64,000 nt of DNA from Lama glama (Eukaryota): the NCBI GenBank assembly GCA_028534125.1, contig CM052817.1, forward strand, positions 89,716,001 through 89,780,000. Direction: 5' to 3'. Of this stretch, positions 1 through 12,645 are shown one piece after another. Every line of letters begins with the position of its first letter. Position 1 is the stretch's first letter. The notes beneath the pieces were generated by a model that worked only from the letters and a program-made list of their open reading frames with translations, ran no database searches and was not told the DNA's origin. The position numbers and the translations under genes were made by a program.

Positions 1-1139
1 AACAGAAACAAAGTAATTAACATCGGATATAAAACAAGCAATAAAGACAGTCAAAATATAAAAAACATAATGAAATTAAAATGGCATTAAGGAAAATATC
101 AAAGTCGTAAGACTCAAAAATGGTAAACTAAAATTGCAATTTATTAAATTGTATATAATCAACATTCTAAAAATAATATCTTACAGAGTATTTCTGCAAG
201 CTTTATTGGGTACAGTTACCAGAACATGAGGTAATTCAAGATCCCAAGAAAAAGGAATGAGGAAAGTAAAGGGAAAATGCAGTAATTTTTCAGCCTAGGG
301 AAATGATTACAAAGACCCCAGAGAAAAGAGATAGAGGGAATAGAGACAGAAGCACCAAAGTCTCCTTCATTTTTGTTGACTAATTCCATTTTGTTACATG
401 AAATCTATTTTTATTCCCATTTCTCTGCAAACAACTGCAACTTTGAAATCACAGTATAAGAAATAAAATACTTTCCTTATCCATCAGTCTTATTATATTT
501 TTTTAAATCTTAATAAAACAAGTAATATTGTACAATTATAATTCAGATTTTATTTATTGTCTCTTGTATTTGAAGACAAAATATATTCAGAGAACACATT
601 TTAGGCACAATTGGATCACAATGCCCATATGTTTGTTAGTAATCTCATTTACCTAAAGATACATTCATATATTCAATCAATTATTTGATAGTGTTTTATT
701 TGTATATTCATTTTTCCCCTTGGACAAATATGACTGGGTATAGACAGCAACATGTTCACAGAGCTCTTAAGCCTGTTCTCTAATCATGGAACAAAACTTG
801 GTAAGACTCCTTTGAGAATAACAAAATACGTAACCACAAGACTAAATATAACTACAAGAGTCTTACAGAAAATAAAGTTTGGTTGCAATTTTTAGAGAAT
901 GTTTCATAATCTGGATCTCAAAGAGTTTTATCATATTAGAAAATGTGGGAGTCAGGTGGGACATCTCTCTGAGCAGGAATATAAGTCAAGATGGAAGCTA
1001 AAATTAATATTTTATTGAATGGTAAAAATATAGAATTAAATGGAGTCCAGGAGTGCAATTTGATAGAATTAAGAAATTGATAATATTGGCCAAAATGATA
1101 AGAGATTTTAAAAAATTAGTGCACTACTTTGATGATATT

Positions 1140-1581
1140 TCTACTGGATTATAAATTCTTCGAAAATACTCATCCCAATATCTGTGAATGCAACTTTATT
1201 TGGAAAAAAGTCTTTGCAAATGTAATCAAGTTAAGATGGGGTCATACTGGATTAGGGTAGGCCCTACTCCAGTGACTGATGTCCTTGTAAGAAAATGCAA
1301 ATTTGGACACAGAGTCACATAGATGTAGGAAGAACGCCATATGATAACGGAGGCAGAGATTGGAGTGATGTGGCTGTCAAAGAACACCATGGAGTATCAC
1401 CAACCACCAAAAATTAGGAAAGAGACATGAAACAGACCGCCTACAGAGCTTCCAGAAGAAATCAACCTTGCCAATATCCTCATTTTTGATTTCTAGACTC
1501 CAGAACTATGAGAAACAAATTTCTATTGTTTTAAATCATCTAGTTTGTGATTTGTTATGGCAGCCCAAGGAAACTTAGACA
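1140..1581 (+). mobile_element. MaLR solo LTR, MLT1C-like
   Basis: MLT1-type blocks: tgtgaatgcaactttatttggaaa, ggaggcagagattggagtgatg, ctccagaactatgagaaacaaatttctattgttttaa, and terminus ggcagcccaaggaaacttagaca. Confidence 0.85.
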
Positions 1582-1641
1582 GATCCCTATCTCATATCTC
1601 ATATGAAAATGAATTCCAAGTAGCTCAAATAATGTTTTAAG

Positions 1642-1827
1642 TTTTTATTTTGAAATAAACACAGATTCACATGAAATTGCTAAGAAATGTAAAGATAGAT
1701 CTCACTGTGCCTTTTACCCTTTCTCTCCTTTTAATATCTTGCATAAGTAGAGTACAGTATCAAAACCAGGAAATTGATGTTAACACAATTCATAGACTTC
1801 ATTCAGATTTCATGTTATACATGCACT

Positions 1828-1877
<50 letters not shown>

Positions 1878-3955
1878 GCAGTTTTATCACAGGAGTAGCT
1901 TTATGTATGAACCCCAAAAATCAGGATACTCATCTGTACCACTACCACAAATCTCCTTCAGGCTATATCTTTATAGCCATACCTAGCCCTCTGGCTTTCC
2001 CTAAACTCTGGTAACCATCAATCTATTCCTCATCTCTCAAATTATGTTATTTTAGAAGGTTAATGGAATGCTGCAATATTGGCTTTTTTCACTTCACATA
2101 ATTTTCCAGAGGGTCATTAAAATTGTTGTATCTATCAATAGGTTATTTCTTTTTTATTGCTGAATAGTATTCCATGGTGCGGATATACCACAGTTGTTTA
2201 ACCATTCGCTTACTGAAGAACATCTGAAGAGTTTAAAAGTTTACACTGTTAAAAATAAACATGCTTTGAATATTTACGTATAAATTTCTTTGTGAAAATA
2301 AATTTTCAATTCTCTAGGATAAATACACAGGAGCGAAACTGCTAGGTCAGATGGTAAGTCCATTATTAGTTTTAAAAGGGACTGCGAAGCTATTTCTCAG
2401 AGTAGCTAAGCCATTTTAAATTCTCATGTATGAGTGATACAATTTTTCCACATTCTATCAGCATTTAGTTTTATCACTTTTTTTTATTTTAGCCATTCTA
2501 ACTGGTATATAGTAACATGTTAATGCAGTTTTAATTTGCATTTTCCTAATGCTAATAACTTTAAACATTTTTGACGTAATGATTTGCCATCTGTATAGCT
2601 CATTTGGTAAAATGTCTTTGCGTATCTTTTGTCCTGGTTTTTTTTTAATGTTGATGTTTGACAGTTCTTTATGTAGTAGAGATAAAAGTTCTTTGCTGAC
2701 TACAAGACTAACAAATGTGTTCTCCAAATCTGAAAGTTGACTTTTCATCATCTTAACAAAGGTTTTAACAGACTAAAAGTTTTTAATTTTATTGAGGTCA
2801 AGTATCAAGTTTTTCTTTTATGGATTATGTTTTTGGTATCATACCTAAGAACTTTTCACCTGGGCTTAGATCTTGAAGATTTTTTCCTATAATTTTGTCT
2901 TGAAGTTTTATAGGTTTATGTTTTACTTTAAGTTTATGATCCATTTTGAATTTTTATATTAGGTGTGAGTTTTACATCAAGATCCATTTTTATGTCTATG
3001 GATATCCAATTTCTCTCTTCCCATTCTTTGAAAAGGTATCCTTCCTTCACTGAATTGCTTTTGTCTCTTCATCAAAAATTAAGCATAATTGTGTGGATCT
3101 ATTTTTGAGTTCTGTTTTTGGTTCCATTTAGCTATGTGTCTCTCCTGGCAATATCACACAGTCTTGATACTGTAGCATGAATAAGGTATATCTCTTTAAA
3201 TGGTAACTTTTCTTTATTTCATCAGCACTTTATAGTTTTGCTGGATTTACATCTAATTCTTTCACTGTCTTTGGTATAATTAGGAATTACATTATTCATT
3301 TTATTTCTCAGTTTACTGTTGGAGTATAGAAATGTAATTAATTTTTGTATTGACCTTGAACTCTGTAATTCATTATTTCCAAGTGGTTCTTTTTTTCTGT
3401 GGATTCCCTGGGATTTTCTACATATGCAATCATGTCACCTGCGAAGAACTTTACTGCTCCCTTTACAATCTGTATGCCTTTTATTTCTTATTCTTTTCTT
3501 ATCACAGTGGCTAGAAATTTTAGAATTATGTGAATATGAGGGTTAAGAGGGGAAATACTTGCCCTGTTCCTGATCTCAGAGAGGAAATATTCAGTCTTTC
3601 ATTATTAAGTATTATGTTAGCTGTAGATGCTCCTTATGAGGTTAAGGAAGTTTTCCTTTATTCTTAGTGTACTAAGAGTTTTTTTAAAAATCATGATTGG
3701 ATATGATTTTTCCTTTTTAGTTTGTTGATATGGTGGATTATGATTATTGGCTTTCATATATATAATGAACCAGCCTTTATAAATAAGTTATTATTATTTT
3801 TATATTTTTAAAATGTATATTTATATAAATGTATTTAAAAGTTATTAAAAGTTTAAAGTTTTTAAAGTTATATACTGTATAAATATATAAACTTTATATT
3901 TGATTTAATAAAATTTTGTTGAGAATTTTGCATCTATGTTCATTGAGAGATATAG
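1642..3955 (-). mobile_element. Old L1 (L1MC/L1MD-type): 3' UTR plus decayed ORF2 3' part
   Basis: Antisense L1 3' end (ttttattttgaaata...aaaccaggaaattgatgtt). Minus ORF 2458-2751 contains L1 ORF2 C-terminal-like text IRKMQIKTALTCYYIPVRMAKIKKSDKTKC. Confidence 0.85.
1831..1872. repeat. (GT)21 microsatellite inside the L1 3' UTR
   Basis: Perfect GT run read directly; explains the CVCVCV ORFs. Confidence 0.97.
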
Positions 3956-5889
3956 GTACCAAATCACCTCTGTCTTGAAAGGCAAATGACTCTGACTGAA
4001 CTTTAGTGAGCATCTCTAGGATAGTGGAGGGAGTTTTCCACTATTAAGATAGTTAGACGAGGAAAAGCTTACTTGGAGAGAAATAAGAAAGCCATATAGG
4101 CACTATCAGATGCCTTATTTTTATCTTGAGTAGAAAATAAATGAGGATTTACTTTTCATAATCTTTAGAATTATTTTGGTTCTTAGACTTCTGAATCTTT
4201 TGGTCATTGCTTCATATATCTTAATTTAATGCATGGAAAGGAGAAATCAGTATCCCTTACTGTTTGATATCCACCTCCCCCCCCAAAAAATAGCTGAGTT
4301 ACCAAAAGGTTCACTAGCTATCATTTCAGGTTACTTTAGAGCTCTATGTAGGGTGATTGGGTATTGCACATATTGTTTAAGGTACTATAGGATGTTTCTT
4401 CAAGATACTCCTTTCAATTAACAGTAAAATATTTCAGCAATCAAAAATATATATTTATGCTGTAATTATAGTTTTCAGGTCTAGCTCCTTTAGTAGTTTC
4501 CAAGAAAAATATTCAAAACACTTCTGAGTAATATAAAAGCCATTTTTAGAATTCTATTATTCAGAAATTAAACTATAATCTGTAATGTGCATTTCAAAAA
4601 GAAATACGGCTAATTCAGACTAGTCATACTCCAATAACTTTTTATCAAAAGTTATTAAAACTAATTAACACAGATTAAAACTTGAATTGCACTTACCTGA
4701 ACTATTTCTTCTAATGAAAATTTGAAAAAAGATAATTATAAAGAATAACTTACTTTTGTCGGTTCATTTTTTATTTCCCATGCCAAGTAGTAAATCTTCT
4801 GATCTTTATTATATGTGCTAACAATATTCTCACAAAACCTAATACTTATCTGTAAACATGAGTTAGACAATATTTGTAAAGCTTGATATAATTTTAATTT
4901 ACAATTTTCCGCTCTACAAATGTTTGCATAAATAATGGATTGAGGTGTTGCTGTTTCTATGATCTTTGTTTAATTAGACACTCTTGGCAATTCAACACAA
5001 TTGTAGGGGGAAAATGACAGATAATTTCTTCTTTGCATTAGATATAATTATGTGAGCTGTTTGGAAAATATATTTTCAAAAATCTTCTTGTGCCATCTAA
5101 TGAGACACCTCTGTGTCTAATTTTGTTATAAAAATATTCATAATTCGTTTTAATAGTTCTAGAAAGAAAAGACTAACAGTACTGTTGAAGGAAGGTATTA
5201 ATAATTCCCTTCTCTGCAGATCTTTTTCTCACACACACACACACGAAACTCTCTTTCTTCTAGAGATCCATAGACAAAGAGGTACGAACAAGGATCTTCA
5301 ATTTAGAATATTCATGATGAGTCTAAAAAGAAAACAAGGGTAAAATATGGTCCTGAAATCTAGTTCTCTCTCATAAACCCATGTGTATAAATCCATATAC
5401 CTACATGCATTTACAGATACTCCACTAGGAGAATGGAAATGAAGTCTTCCGATTATAACACAAAATGTTCCTTAAAAATGCATTCTCAGGATACAAATAG
5501 AGCAGTTTATGTGTGTGTAATCATTTCATAGTAGAGTCCTCTTTATTATAACACAGTAACACCTGACACAGAGAAAAAGCTATATGTTGCCAAGTTCTGC
5601 CTATTAACATACATTTCTCCAGCCAGACTTCTTATTCCTTCATTCTTATCAATTTAACTTTAAAGACAAATAATGTTATCATAAGAAGAAATGTGTGTGT
5701 GTGATTAATTATGTTTAGAAAATTTCAAGGTGTTCAAGAGGGTCAAGAAGTTCTAACTTCCTAATGCAAGGACAGGGAATTAGGAAAGAGGAAGGGAGTA
5801 TAAAAAAGTGCCTTTGGAGAACTAAAATACCACTTTTGACACAAAACTGTCTGCACAGGAGGGAAATAATCCTATAAGAGGGCAAGCAG

Positions 5890-7265
5890 CTCACTGAGTA
5901 TTGAGCACCAAGCTATATAACTTTTTAAAATCACATATAGACAAACTATTGTAGAATATTACACATTAAAGATAAAATAATGTTCTAAATTCTTTCAGAC
6001 AAAAAAACAATAAAACAAGAGACAAATGGCCTTCTAAAAGACAAGCATCAGACTAGCATCATACTTTTCCTTCAGTGAGAGGAGATGTTAAGAGACACTA
6101 GAGCAATGTCTCAAAGCAGGAGAATAAAAATGAGATAGAATCTGGAATTTAGTTCCCATCAAATTATTAGTCAGCTTTCAAATGACAAAAAATGTTCATT
6201 AATGCAAAATGACTTGCACAGAAACATTGACTTGCACAGAAACATCCTCCCCAGGAAATTATTTGCATATTGACTCCAGAAAAAAGAAGTAAAAACAAAG
6301 AATTGTCAATATATTTCTTATGGTCTTTATTCTCAATTTCTCTTCCCCACTTAGTCTCCTAAAGCAGCAGTAGGGAGCTGTGGCAGTGATAAGTTGATTT
6401 TTTTAATACTTTGATGGGGACAAACTGAAATTCTGTCAATTAAAACTATATGGTAAATTGACTTTTAGGAAATCACTCAGCTGCAAACAAGCAAAACAAA
6501 TTCAATCAGAAAATGGTGGTTGTTGATTGCAGTTTTGCCAAATATAGTCACAGTCCAAAAAGATGTAAACATAAAGCATGATTTTAAGAGTTACAAGAAT
6601 GTAAAAAGTAAAAATACATTTGGCATTGACAATAGGAATATTTAAAATGGCACTTCTGCTGTGACATTCGAAACTTGAAAAGGAGATGCAACTATGTCAG
6701 ACACTAGGTTCTGAATTGAACAACAGTTACACAATCATAATAATAAACCAGTATTTATCAATTTTCAACTTCATCAATAAAGTTACAGAGAAAGTACAAA
6801 GCATTTAATTGCACTTAACAAGACAGAATATACATACTTTTAGCTTTAAAGTGAAAATGTAAATCACAGAGGGACTAACATGCTGATCTCACACAGATTA
6901 CATAGATTAAAAAAAATAAAAATTTCAGTATTTTCAAAAAAACCTGAGATAATAAATTGAAAAAGTTTAGAATGCTAAACATATCAAGAATTGGAAAAGT
7001 AAAGAAGTGGGAGTGTTGATGGAGAAATAAATTAATAGCTCATCTATCACAGTCGAAAGACAAGGACAAATATCTATAGTTGATGAATTAAAAATAGCAG
7101 CATAGGCATATATGTTAGATACGTTAAGGTAAGCATCAGAACAGCTCAAAACAAGGATAATTAGACTCTCACTGAGTATATTATATTTGGGCATGCAGAA
7201 GGTTAGGGCAAGGGATTACTGAGTTTCTTTTTAACTCTATCAATAACCATTTATTTTTATTTTTC
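5890..7265 (+). mobile_element. Highly decayed HAL1-like / ancient L1 ORF1-containing fragment
   Basis: 5900-6180 resembles the 3' half of L1 ORF1 (aagataaaataatgttctaaa...catcagactagcatcatactttt...gagcaatgtctcaaag...atctggaatttagttccc), followed by A-rich sequence with no ORF2 similarity. Confidence 0.5.
6210..6245. repeat. Perfect 18-bp tandem duplication (tgacttgcacagaaacat)x2
   Basis: Read directly. Confidence 0.95.
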
Positions 7266-7534
7266 TAAATTATGTATATTACCTTGATCTAGTATTTATA
7301 GTATTTCAGACATTATTTCTACATTGTAAAATATAATCTTTAATTTTTCTGAAGTTAAAAAATATACAACTATATGATGAATTCCACCTACAAATATATT
7401 TCTGGGTTTTTCTCCTTAACTTCTTTTTTCATTTCTATAACCATAATGGTTAAGACTTTAGGTTTTTGACTCTTAAAAAACTAAGAAAATAATAAAGTCA
7501 TTAACAATAGGATTTCACATTATTAATATATAGT

Positions 7535-7670
7535 ATGATGAGATAGGCATGCTTTACATGCACAATCTCATTTATTAGCCACAACAGCCTTCTCACTTAG
7601 GAATTCTTATGACTTCTGTTTTAAATACAAGAAAGTAAAGGTTGGAGAGGCAAAGTAACTTGCTCAAGAC
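7535..7670 (-). mobile_element. MIR SINE fragment
   Basis: ctcatttattagccacaacagcc...gagaggcaaagtaacttgctcaag matches the antisense MIR core. Confidence 0.7.
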
Positions 7671-7671
7671 T

Positions 7672-8470
7672 TATTTTTTCGTTTAGTTAATAAACATGTA
7701 TTAAACAGGTGCTATTCTAGATGTTTGGTATATATCCATAACAAAAAGAGATAAAACATTTGCCTTCATGGGACTTACATTCAATTGGGTGGATATAATA
7801 ATTTAAAAATTAATCAAACTGTATTGTTTTGTATAAAATGATAAATGTTACAAAAATACATATATCATGAAGTAGACAGGGAGGGCATTTGCAGTTTTAA
7901 ATATGATTGTCATGATAGGCTTCACTGAGAAGACTTATAAGCAAACTTTCAAAGGATATGAAGACGATGGCCATTTGGCTATGATATGAAGGCCACTGAA
8001 GACAGAGAGTAACCAGTGGGAAAGCTTTAAGATAATAGCATGAAGTCAAGACTATGTCTGAAGGAGACAAGGAAACTATAAAAAATAACAGAAGGTTCTA
8101 CTGGCCATTATAAAGATTTTGACTTTTACTTAAAGTGTAACAATAAACTACTAATATTCTAGAAATGTTATGAGGAACAAAGCAGTGACTATATCTGAGT
8201 GAGTAAGGTCAGTCTCCAGGGGAAGCTACATGTCAGCTGAGCCTAGAGAGTCCATTCACCAAATCCTCTGGAGAGAGGAATGTGGGCAGAGGTGAGAGGA
8301 AATACCACATCAAATGTACCAAGCCATGACTTGGCTTGAGAGGTCTCTGCATAAGAAAGATCAGAAGACCAGGATGGACCAGATATAGAGAACTTGATGC
8401 CAAACAAAGATTTTCAACTTTGTTTTATAGGCTACTGGGCACCAGAAAATGTTTTTTAAACAGGTTCAAA
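7672..8470 (-). mobile_element. L2 3' fragments
   Basis: Antisense L2 tail (ataaacatgtattaaac...tgccttcatgggacttacattc) and body (ggccattataaagattttgacttttact). Confidence 0.7.
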
Positions 8471-8952
8471 TTGTGATAATCTCCCATACTGAATGAGAAA
8501 CAATCTGTTAAACATTTCAGTCCTCATGTGATAAAAAAAAACCCAAGATAAAAAAAAAATTAAGAATTTTGGTTTTCCCCCACTCAGAATAAATTATTAA
8601 TTCTATATCATACTTTGTTCAAGAGATTACACTTTACATATACATATTTAAGCACACTGAATTGAGTAAGTCTACACCTGTTTTAAATTCACTTATTGAA
8701 AATATCTTTTTAGGACCTAATCCAGGGGGATGCAGTAGTGACTTACAGAATTCTGCCCTCACAGAGCTCACTTCTATTAGGGGGACAAGCACTACAAAAT
8801 AAACAAAACATTAGCATGTCACTTATTGGTAAATGATGAAAAATAACATAGCAGGTTGAAGGCTGAGGGATAGAGCCAGTGGCTATAGATTATGTGGCTA
8901 CAAGGCTTTCAGATATGTGGATCAGAGACTTGGATGAAATGGGAAAGCAAGC

Positions 8953-9529
8953 TGTGCAGAAAAAGATTAATCCTGACCAATGAAAGGTCTGACCTTTTGT
9001 CCCCAACTCCTGGGAGGTAATCTCTATGCCCTTGGAATATCCTGTTTTATAAGAGTATCTCTGTTTACCTGGGGACCTTGGATTATGCTAGACAGTCTAT
9101 GCTAACAAAGTGATTTATGGTGGGACTCTTGGGCCACCATATCACCTCAGTTTCTAGAGGGGCTAGAGACTGAGGTCAGCCATGCAGGTGTTTGTCCATG
9201 TCTGTGACCAACACCCAGTGAAATCTCCTAAACACCAAGGCTTGAGTAAGCGTCCTTGGCTGACAACACTCTATGTGTATTGTCACACATTGTTCCTAGG
9301 AGAAATTAGTGCTGTCTACATGACTCGACTGAAAGAGGACAATTGGAAGCTCTGCCTCTCATCCACCAGCCTCTGCTGGATTCATCTTTTCCACTGAGGA
9401 CGTTAATCTGTATCCTTCCATGGCAATACACTGTACCCATGAGGATAAGAGCTATTCTGAGTTCTGTGAGTTCTTCTAGCCAGTTACTGAATCTCAGAGT
9501 AGTCCTAGGGACCACATGAATGTTGCACA
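8953..9529 (+). mobile_element. MER21-family solo LTR
   Basis: Inverted termini TGTGCA...TGCACA, flanks aagc/aacc, MER21 blocks ctcctgggaggtaatctct, ggggctagagactgaggtcagcc, ctgagttctgtgagttcttctagc. Confidence 0.85.
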
Positions 9530-9596
9530 AACCTGGTAAAATTCCAAAGCAAATTGATTATTTGAGGAGAAACAGTGAGTACAAAGAACCTAAGGT

Positions 9597-9960
9597 AATA
9601 AAGAATAAAAAATGGGCCAAACTTCCACCAGATACATCTCCAGATCCATACATAGCAGGCACATATCTTTCCAAGTGACAACCGTGCATATGCTTACTGA
9701 CAGTATGTTTCTCATTGTCTTGCTGTGGTAGATCAAGGAAAAGTACCCCTTTGATGAACAGGAAGAAATTAAGATGGGTCCTTCAGATAATCCTTTAATG
9801 GCATTTTAAAAAAGGCTCAGGAAAGCCAACCCCTGCAATATTCTATAACCAAACAGTATCACTTCATTAGGAAGGATATGAAATAATCTTGAAGCGTATT
9901 CAGAATTGTTTTTCACTACCTACAAATAAAACCTCTACTTTGTTCACTTAAGAAAAAAAC
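9597..9960 (+). pseudogene. Unidentified retroposed polyadenylated RNA fragment (processed retrocopy or orphan transduction)
   Basis: AATAAA at 9925-9930, A-rich tail 9950-9959, flanked by direct repeats 9571-9596 and 9961-9986 (23/26 identical) derived from the host L2. Confidence 0.7.
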
Positions 9961-10677
9961 AACAGTGAGTACAATGTACCTGAGGTTTGGCACAATCAAG
10001 AAAGACAAAAAAAACCCCACTATAACTAGAACAGAATTAGAATAAAAATAGAGAGTTGGAGAAAATTATATAGGTGAAAAATTAATACAGAACCATAGTA
10101 AAGCATCTGGATGTTCTTACGGGTGTATAACCTACTTGGTCAGGAAAGAGCAAGATATGATTTATGTTTTGAAAAGCAAGTCCCAGCTGCCATGTGCAAA
10201 ATGCACTAAAAGGCAAAAAGACTGGAAGTAAAGTAACCAGTTGCAAGTTATTTCATTAATGTGGAAGAGAGATGGTGGTGCTTTGTACTTTGTGGTAGCA
10301 AAGAGGGATTAAGATAGGGAGCAATTGTCAGATTCAGGTCATAGTTTGAGAAATTACAGACAGAAAAAATTACTGATGGATAGAATGAGGGTAGTAATAA
10401 AAAGAGGGAGATCAACCATACACAGTCCAAGGGTTTTGACTTGAACAACTAAGGGCCTGGTGATGCTAATTACAGTGATGGAAATACTAGAGGAATCACA
10501 GATGTGTAATGTAGATACCAGGTATCCTGCTTTGGATGTTTTTAAGTTAGAGCTACATTTTGGATATTTTTGAAGAGACATCAAGTAGAAAGTTGGATAT
10601 ATACATCTGGTACTATAAGATGTCGTCATAGACAAAGATACACATTAGGGAATAATTAGTATTTAGATGGTATACAT

Positions 10678-10890
10678 TAGGATAGGCAAACTATAGTCCA
10701 TGGGCCAACTCTGAGCCAACATCTGTTTCTATAAATAAAATTTTATTGAAACACAGCGATGTCAATTAATTAACATACTGCCTATGGCTGTTTTCATACT
10801 ACACTGGCAAAGTTGCAGAGTTGTGACAGAGACTATACGACCCACACAGCCTAAATAATTTACCATCTGATGCTGAAGTTAGTTAAGCCC
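10678..10890 (+). mobile_element. MER58A (hAT-Charlie MITE)
   Basis: ggcaaactatagtccatgggccaa...ataaataaaattttattgaaacacagc...gagttgtgacagagactata...gcctaaataatttaccatctg. Confidence 0.85.
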
Positions 10891-11748
10891 AGTCTAGATG
10901 GTATTTAAAACCATGAGAATTAATAGGTAATCCTAAGACAATAGTGTTTTTTTCTTTCCAGAAACTTCTACTTTCACTCCAAGAATTGTATCTATTAAAA
11001 TGATAAAGTATCTGGTCACCATGAAATTTTAAGCCATAAGTAATAAATATAGTGAATATTCAGTACCATGGGATTAGATAAGATCATCCAGGAAATAAGT
11101 AAAGTTGAATAGAATAAAGAATCTGAGAACTGAATTCTGAGAGAATTTAAAATTTAGAAGTTGGATTGAGGGCAAATCAAAAGAGGAATATGATTAGGTA
11201 TGTCAAAAGAGGTAGGAGGAGGAAGCTCTGTTCTGGAAAAATGAGTTAAAATATCTTGATTGAATCTGCTGACCTCTAATATCATTGTACTATAATTACC
11301 TACAATGTATGAGTATTATGATACATCAATTAAACTAAGAAATCCATTAAAACAATGGTAGTCTTGCCAAACAACAGCAAAACTCATCAGGAAAACATTT
11401 ATGGAAAGTTTGTTATTTGGTATTGACCAAATGTATTATTTTATAAAGTTATCTTTGAAGAAAGCCTGTATTTTCCCCTATCCAAATGAAATTTTGCAGG
11501 GTCAAAACTTAATAAAAATTGTAAGGCCCTCAAAACTGTCTTTTTATCTTCTGTCTTAATCTTACTTTCCTATAAGCAGTGACTCATTTTCTCACTACAT
11601 ATACTCAATATTTTATTTTGTATTCACTACGTCTTAATTCAATTAGCTAATATAAGTTCTTGCTAATTGGTTAGTCTAATAAATATACTAAAAGTTTAAT
11701 TTAATTATATTAATTATATACTTTATTACATAAAATAATACATAGTAA

Positions 11749-12624
11749 GGGATTCTGATACGATGGCAGAGTAGGAAATATCAAGAATCTGTGTCCCTAC
11801 ATAGACAACAATTTGTAGAATCTGTCCCATGTAAATATTTTGGAACTCTGAAATCTACTGAACACTTGAAAGGCCTTCCAGGGGAAGGCTCAGAGGGTAA
11901 GTTGTAGTTAATTTCAGTCCACTTCATCTCTTAGCACAGAAACAGCTACACATTATCCCTATGCCCCAGACCTTTGGAAGGCAACAGGGCTTGCATCCCA
12001 AGAGCAGCTTACACATAACTTGTGGAAGCCAGTGTGGACAGAAAAAAAAAAAGACCCTGCTCTTCAAATACAGGGGATCTGTACTCTGAGCCAATTGCAC
12101 CTGATCACAAACATGCAAACAAAGAGGCAAATAGCCACTTTCTTTCATAACTGCAAGCTCCTCCTGCTCTGGTTGAAGTAACCTCTAGGAAATTTAAAGC
12201 TTCCCTTTTGGGAACCAGATATTAATGGCAAGGACATTAAAAAATAATCTTATATATGGGGAAAATTAGAAAGTGGTCATGCACGCCTAGGGAAAGCTGC
12301 AGGCTCATAAAAGACTTGTGGAGACCTTAAATTTACACCTCAGGCGGATAATCAGTTCAAAGACAGCATCAACAATTAACAAAATAAAACAAAAAACAAA
12401 CAAGAGCAAATCGTGGGGAAGAGAGAGAATCTAATTTCCAGAGTTATCACATGATTAAATTGAAAAGTCTAGTTTTCAACAAAAATTCTCAAGGTATACA
12501 AAGAAACAGAAAAATATGGCCCATTCAAAGGAAAAAAATTAAATCAACAGCAATAGTTTAGGAAAAGACCTCAAGGTGGATCTATTAAACAAAATCTTTA
12601 AAGCAAACTTTAAAAGATTTAAAA
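11749..12624 (+). mobile_element. Old L1 (L1MB-type): 5' UTR and ORF1 start, left part of the interrupted host
   Basis: Starts gggattctgatacgatggcagagtagg; ends in ORF1 N-terminal sequence (atggcccattcaaagg...aaacaaaatctttaaagc) that continues at 18488. Confidence 0.8.
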
Positions 12625-12637
12625 GGGGGGAGGTGCC

Positions 12638-12645
12638 AAGATGGC
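12638..12645 (+). promoter_or_regulatory. YY1-like motif (AAGATGGC) at the start of the L1 internal promoter
   Basis: Motif about 13 nt from the L1 5' end, the position known for the L1 YY1 site. Confidence 0.55.

Larger units (their letters stand above)
8685..11250 (-). mobile_element. L2 element interrupted by MER21, a retro-insertion and MER58A
   Basis: L2 motifs (attcacttattgaa...ctgccctcacagagctcacttcta; aagggttttgacttgaacaact; gagacatcaagtagaaagttggatata) resume on each side of every insertion. Confidence 0.75.

Noticed and set aside
1671..2014. ORFs with CVCVCV runs
   Set aside because: Translation of the (GT)21 microsatellite inside an L1 3' UTR.
4697..4710. 14-nt minus-strand micro-exon next to the 96-nt candidate
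   Set aside because: The implied intron is only 43 nt, too short for a mammalian intron.
9675..9750. Faint resemblance of the retro-insert translation (SDNRAYAY*QYV...SCC/W*IKEKYP) to the P2X7 C-terminal domain
   Set aside because: Needs frameshifts, stop read-through and a deletion of about 15 codons between motifs; probably pattern over-reading. An HMM search would settle it.
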